This document shows positions 59,781 to 64,000 of a DNA stretch of 64,000 nt, piece after piece (within the stretch, counting starts at the first letter, position 1; each line of letters begins with the position of its first letter). This DNA is from Terriglobia bacterium (lineage in GTDB: Bacteria; Acidobacteriota; Terriglobia; 2-12-FULL-54-10). The DNA lies in the NCBI GenBank assembly GCA_963666975.2, contig CAXVYR010000004.1, forward strand, positions 2,176,001 through 2,240,000. The letters are read 5' to 3'. A program made the translations under genes and the position numbers. The notes under the pieces were generated by a model. The model was given only the letters and a program-made list of their open reading frames with translations. It was not told the origin of the DNA and made no database searches.

Positions 59781-62700
59781 ATGCAGGGGCAGAAACGCTT
59801 TTGGCAAATTTTGGTGTGTGTGTTTTTCTTTGGTGGAATCACTCTGGCTCAGGTCACCACGGGAACGATTTCGGGAACGGTGAGCGACTCTACTGGAGCC
59901 ATTATTCCCGGGGCCAGCATTACCATCCTGAATGTGGATACGGGAATTAGCCGCACGCTGACGACCGACGCGGAAGGCCGCTACCGAGCGCCGCAGTTGG
60001 GGCTGGGCAGCTATGATGTGACGGCCGGGTCGACGGGCTTTCAGACTTCCGTGCGTTCCGGCATCACGCTAACCGTGGGCCGCGAGGCCGTCTTGGAGTT
60101 TACCCTTCAGGTAGGGGCCGTGACCGAGAGGGTCACTGTCACAGGAGAAGCTCCGTTGGTGAACACAACCTCATCGACGGTATCCAGCTTGGTAGATTCG
60201 AGACAGGTGCAGGAGCTGCCCTTGGCCGGGCGCAGCTATACGGACCTGACCGCCATCCAGCCAGGGGCTATTTACCTAACCACTGTGACCCCCAGCACCC
60301 GTACAGGCGGGGGACGTAAAATATCCGTCAACGGGGCGCGACCGGCACAGACGCTTTACCTGCTGGATGGGGTAGAGACCATGAACATTGCGGCCAACAT
60401 GGCTCCTTCCAGCGTGTTGGGAAGGCAATTGGGGACAGAGGCCGTGCGCGAGTTCAAAGTTCTGATCAACAACTATGGGGCGCAGTACGGACGCGCGATT
60501 GGCGGAGTGGTGAATGCTGTCACGCGCTCCGGCACCAATGAGTGGCACGGAGGCGCCTTTGAGTTCTTCCGCAACGACAAGCTCGATGCGAACGACTTTT
60601 TTGTGCCCACCGACGCTCCCAAAACCCCATTGAAACAGAACCAGTTCGGAGGGAGCTTGGGGGGCCCCATTCGCAAAGACAGCACCTTCTTTTTCGCGGC
60701 ATTTGAGGCCGAGCGGGCACGCCGGGGGATTACCGATTTCGCGCAGGTGTTTGATGAGGACGCCTTGGAGGGGCTGATCACAAAACACGTGGACGACAAT
60801 GGCAATCCCTTACCCGTGGGGTTGTGGAGGGTCGATCCCGCGGTGATCATAGAAGACTACCGCCCGGTTCATCCCTGGACCCAGGCCGTCTTGGAGGATT
60901 TGACGGTCCCGGGCAACGGGGAGCGGCTGGGAGGCGGGGCGCGGCGCTATGCGGGTTCCCGCGTCCGAAAAGGGACAGAAAATTACGGGACGATTCGATT
61001 TGACCAGACGCTTTCCGCTAGTGATACCCTCTTCGGGCGCTTCACAGCAGACCGGAGCGATGCGTCTCAGTTAGACATCGGCAACGATCCGGACTGGACA
61101 CACGCTGACGACGGCGCTTATTATTTTGCCACCATTCAGCACACCCACATCCTCTCTCCCTCGGCGATCAATGTGGCCAGCGTCGGTTTCATGCGCACCA
61201 GGATGGCCTCCAAATTTACTGTCGCCGACGGTCTCAATCCCCTTTTACCCTGCATTCCAGGAACGCCCCTATGTAACGGCATAGCGCCGCGCGGTACGGG
61301 AATCGCGGGCGTTCGCGCGTCGGATCTGAGCTTGCCCTTCGAGCTGATCGACAACACATTTCTTTACCAGGATCAGCTTTCCTACAACTGGGGAAACCAT
61401 TCGATTAGCACCGGGGTGGAGGTCAAGAGGTATCAGATGAATGAGTTCCAGAACATCTGGTTCAGCGGACAGATGCGGATGAGTGGGTTTTCGCGCTTTT
61501 TCTCTGCTCGTCCGTCCTCTATTACCGGCCCGGTACCGCAATCGCTAGATCCGCTTGTTGCACCCGACGTCTATCGGGGTTACCGGCAGACCTTCACGGG
61601 GCTGTATCTCCAGGACGATATCAAAGTGTTGCCTAACCTGACGCTGAACGTCGGGCTGCGCTGGGAGAAGATGACCGATCCCTCGGAGGTAAACGGTAAG
61701 GCCGGCTCGGTGGTGGACATCTTGCGGGATACAGGCTTTACACTCGGAAAGGTGTTTGAGATCAATTCGGACTGGAAGGGTTTTGCTCCTCGCGTTGGCT
61801 TGGCCTGGACGCCGTTTAGCAGCGGCAACACGGTGGTGCGGGCCGGTTGGGGAGTCTTTACGGAGTGGCCCTTGAGCTATCTCTATACGCTATCGAGCTA
61901 CATTGTGCCGTTCGCAGACCGGGTTCAGATTCGCAATCCAGTCATGCCTCGCAGTCTAGCGGAGCCTTGCCCCGTTTGCGGTATCGTGACGGGCGATCCT
62001 GCCTTTGCCGGCGTCCGGGACCCGATTATCAACGCATATGACTGGCATCCCGCTTACAGCTACCAATGGAACTTCGGGCTCGAGCAGCAACTGGGCCAGG
62101 CCTATGTGGCCAAAGTGGGCTATATAGGAACCCGCAGCCTGCATTTGACGGGGAACAATAACTCCAATCCTCCGGTACCCGTACAGGATTCGGAGGGTAG
62201 ATGGTATACCCCTTCGGACGCGGTACCTCTCAACCCGAACTTCGGCTCATTCCGCTATATCAGCAACGCCGGAGATGGCTGGTATAACGCCTTGCAGTTA
62301 AGCATGGAGCGGAGATTCAGTGGCGGATTTGGATACCGAGCTTCGTTCCAATGGTCCAAGAACCTGGACACCGCCGGGATTGGGCAGCAGACCGCCGACA
62401 CTCCCGGTTCCATTAACAACGCAAATTCTTTCGACATCCGAGGGGACAAAGGGTTGGCCTCCGTAGACAACAGGAGGAATTTTTCTTTCAACTTCAACTA
62501 CGAGTTGCCGGTGGGGTCGGGAAAGCCCTTTGGGAATAGCATGGCAGGCGTGCTCGACCATGTGGTCGGTGGCTGGCAGTTGAACGGAGTGATGCGGTTC
62601 CGGGATGGAACACCGATCAATATCTCCAGCTCCAATCGTTGTACGGGAAACCGGGTGAGCAGCAGCGGGACGGACCGACCCGACCTGGCGCCCGGGGCCA

Positions 62701-63194
62701 GCAACAACCCGGTCATCGATGGCCCGCGAGACTTTAGGCAGAATGACCCGTATTTTGACGTGAATGCCTTCGTGGCTCCGCCCAGTTGCCATAGCTCGGA
62801 TAGCAGCGGTGATGTTGCGGAAAAGCGAGGCTACTTCGGCAACCTCGGTCGGCAGACCCTGATCGGGCCGGGGATTGTGGGCATGGACTTCTCCATCTTC
62901 AAGAACTTCCGAGTTGGGGAAGGAAAAGGCCTGCAGTTTCGGGCGGAGTTCTTCAACATCCTCAATCGCCCGAACTTCAGAATCACACAGGGCGGAGCGC
63001 GTGTTATCAGCGGCGGCCGGACCTTTGCAGAAGACAGCGCGGGCAATGTGCTCATTGATCCCGGCACCGGGCGTGCTGTTCCCGGCGGCGCTAATCCCGA
63101 GGGTCGGCGCAATAACAGTGCGGGAAGAATTAGTGCCTTGGCAGCCGGCACGACGATGCGGCAGATTCAGTTGGCGCTGAAGTTCACGTTCTGA
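59781..63194 (+). CDS. TonB-dependent receptor, Oar-like
   Basis: GGAGGAGG RBS, TISGTVSD, LPL.GR, SGTN.WHG and C-terminal RQIQLALKFTF. Confidence 0.94.
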   Translation: MQGQKRFWQILVCVFFFGGITLAQVTTGTISGTVSDSTGAIIPGASITILNVDTGISRTLTTDAEGRYRAPQLGLGSYDVTAGSTGFQTSVRSGITLTVGREAVLEFTLQVGAVTERVTVTGEAPLVNTTSSTVSSLVDSRQVQELPLAGRSYTDLTAIQPGAIYLTTVTPSTRTGGGRKISVNGARPAQTLYLLDGVETMNIAANMAPSSVLGRQLGTEAVREFKVLINNYGAQYGRAIGGVVNAVTRSGTNEWHGGAFEFFRNDKLDANDFFVPTDAPKTPLKQNQFGGSLGGPIRKDSTFFFAAFEAERARRGITDFAQVFDEDALEGLITKHVDDNGNPLPVGLWRVDPAVIIEDYRPVHPWTQAVLEDLTVPGNGERLGGGARRYAGSRVRKGTENYGTIRFDQTLSASDTLFGRFTADRSDASQLDIGNDPDWTHADDGAYYFATIQHTHILSPSAINVASVGFMRTRMASKFTVADGLNPLLPCIPGTPLCNGIAPRGTGIAGVRASDLSLPFELIDNTFLYQDQLSYNWGNHSISTGVEVKRYQMNEFQNIWFSGQMRMSGFSRFFSARPSSITGPVPQSLDPLVAPDVYRGYRQTFTGLYLQDDIKVLPNLTLNVGLRWEKMTDPSEVNGKAGSVVDILRDTGFTLGKVFEINSDWKGFAPRVGLAWTPFSSGNTVVRAGWGVFTEWPLSYLYTLSSYIVPFADRVQIRNPVMPRSLAEPCPVCGIVTGDPAFAGVRDPIINAYDWHPAYSYQWNFGLEQQLGQAYVAKVGYIGTRSLHLTGNNNSNPPVPVQDSEGRWYTPSDAVPLNPNFGSFRYISNAGDGWYNALQLSMERRFSGGFGYRASFQWSKNLDTAGIGQQTADTPGSINNANSFDIRGDKGLASVDNRRNFSFNFNYELPVGSGKPFGNSMAGVLDHVVGGWQLNGVMRFRDGTPINISSSNRCTGNRVSSSGTDRPDLAPGASNNPVIDGPRDFRQNDPYFDVNAFVAPPSCHSSDSSGDVAEKRGYFGNLGRQTLIGPGIVGMDFSIFKNFRVGEGKGLQFRAEFFNILNRPNFRITQGGARVISGGRTFAEDSAGNVLIDPGTGRAVPGGANPEGRRNNSAGRISALAAGTTMRQIQLALKFTF

Positions 63195-63212
63195 AGCTTG
63201 AAAACTGGCATG

Positions 63213-63256
63213 AGGCGCTTTGGCAGGGGCTAACACCCTTTGCCGAAGCGCCTTTT
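63213..63256 (+). terminator. Terminator-like hairpin between TBDR and amidohydrolase
   Basis: AGGCGCTTTGGCAGGGG...CCCTTTGCCGAAGCGCCT-TTT. Confidence 0.75.
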
Positions 63257-63376
63257 GCTTGAATGTCATAAATTTTTGCAAATTGAATGCGGGTTGCCGT
63301 TGAAGCAAGTTGGAGTGAGCATGGGCAACCGGGCGGAGTTCCATATTCGGTTCGATTCGTCACGGAGGGCTAAATC

Positions 63377-64000
63377 ATGAAAAGCCAGTGGGTTTTTTAC
63401 TTTGCAGTAATGGCAGTGGCCATCTGGAGTGGACAGGGCCTTCTATGGGCCCAACAGGCGCCGGACACCATTCTCTACAATGGGAAGATCGTCACGGTGG
63501 ACGACCATGAAGTTAATGAGAACGTAGGCACGATCACTCAGGCTTTGGCCATCCGTGGCGATACGATCCTGGCCTTGGGAACCAACGCCCAGGTGCGGGC
63601 TTTGGCGGGCGGTAACACGAAATCCATTGATCTGAAGGGTCGGATGGTTATCCCCGGTTTAGCTGGCACGCACGATCACCCGATGGACTGGGATACGATC
63701 AATCCTCTGATCGTCAAAAAAGTGATCACCGATGATATGCACATTGAGCGGTTTTTGAACATTCATCCGGATGAGGTAATCATACAGTTTCCGCTGGTTT
63801 TGGATGAAGCGGTCCAGAAGGCCAAACCCGGTCAATGGATTCGAATCAGCGTGCTGTTTGGGAAAGAATATCGGTGGGGAGACCAGATCATGGATCTCTT
63901 CGGGCGCCAGATCAACAAGCAGATGCTGGATCTGGGGGCTCCCAACAATCCGGTGGAAGTTCGCGGGGGGTTTACCGGAATGGTGGTGAACCAAAATGCA
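63377..64000 (+). CDS. Exported amidohydrolase-3 family protein, paralog of 43789-45642 (3'-truncated by the window)
   Basis: MKSQW...AQQAPDTILYNGKIVTVDDHEVN...DLKGRMVIPG..GTHDHPMDWD...KAKPGQWIRI. Not in the ORF track because the window has no stop codon for it. Confidence 0.9.
   Translation, partial: MKSQWVFYFAVMAVAIWSGQGLLWAQQAPDTILYNGKIVTVDDHEVNENVGTITQALAIRGDTILALGTNAQVRALAGGNTKSIDLKGRMVIPGLAGTHDHPMDWDTINPLIVKKVITDDMHIERFLNIHPDEVIIQFPLVLDEAVQKAKPGQWIRISVLFGKEYRWGDQIMDLFGRQINKQMLDLGAPNNPVEVRGGFTGMVVNQNA

Noticed and set aside
1-64000. Genome-wide TGA reassignment (genetic code 4 or 25)
   Set aside because: TGA ends greA, hicB, the histidine kinase and TBDR genes at their expected C-termini, and TGG Trp codons are abundant.

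Overview
GC-rich bacterial window, most consistent with an Acidobacteriota (Terriglobia-like) genome. The evidence is an acidobacterial-type VWA protein, Oar-like TonB-dependent receptors, a putative S-layer family protein and bshC. 1-1.2 kb: a gene-cassette-like ORF ending in an attC-like site, then a hicBA module between two REP hairpins that carry self-nested 24-bp units. 1.2-16.6 kb: housekeeping genes (M23 peptidase, greA, MscS, bshC, carAB split by a second hicBA whose toxin has a nonsense codon, lepB, ChdC-like protein, nth). 16.6-23 kb: an accessory patch with REP/MITE ends, RAYT and putative Cas1-tail remnants, a disrupted S-layer-like gene, a complete IS256 and a radical SAM enzyme with its SPASM/Twitch domain at the N-terminus. 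23-30 kb: rpsO-pnp, a B12-radical SAM gene with an in-frame TGA, YceI and VWA. 30-43.6 kb: IS1182 inserted in a REP-MITE, an IS1016-group IS1595, a hybrid histidine kinase and many decayed genes. 43.6-64 kb: a repeated module of TonB-dependent receptor plus exported amidohydrolase, together with a heme c/beta-propeller protein. I recognised no rRNA, tRNA or CRISPR array. All family calls are by eye from motifs; no database search was run.
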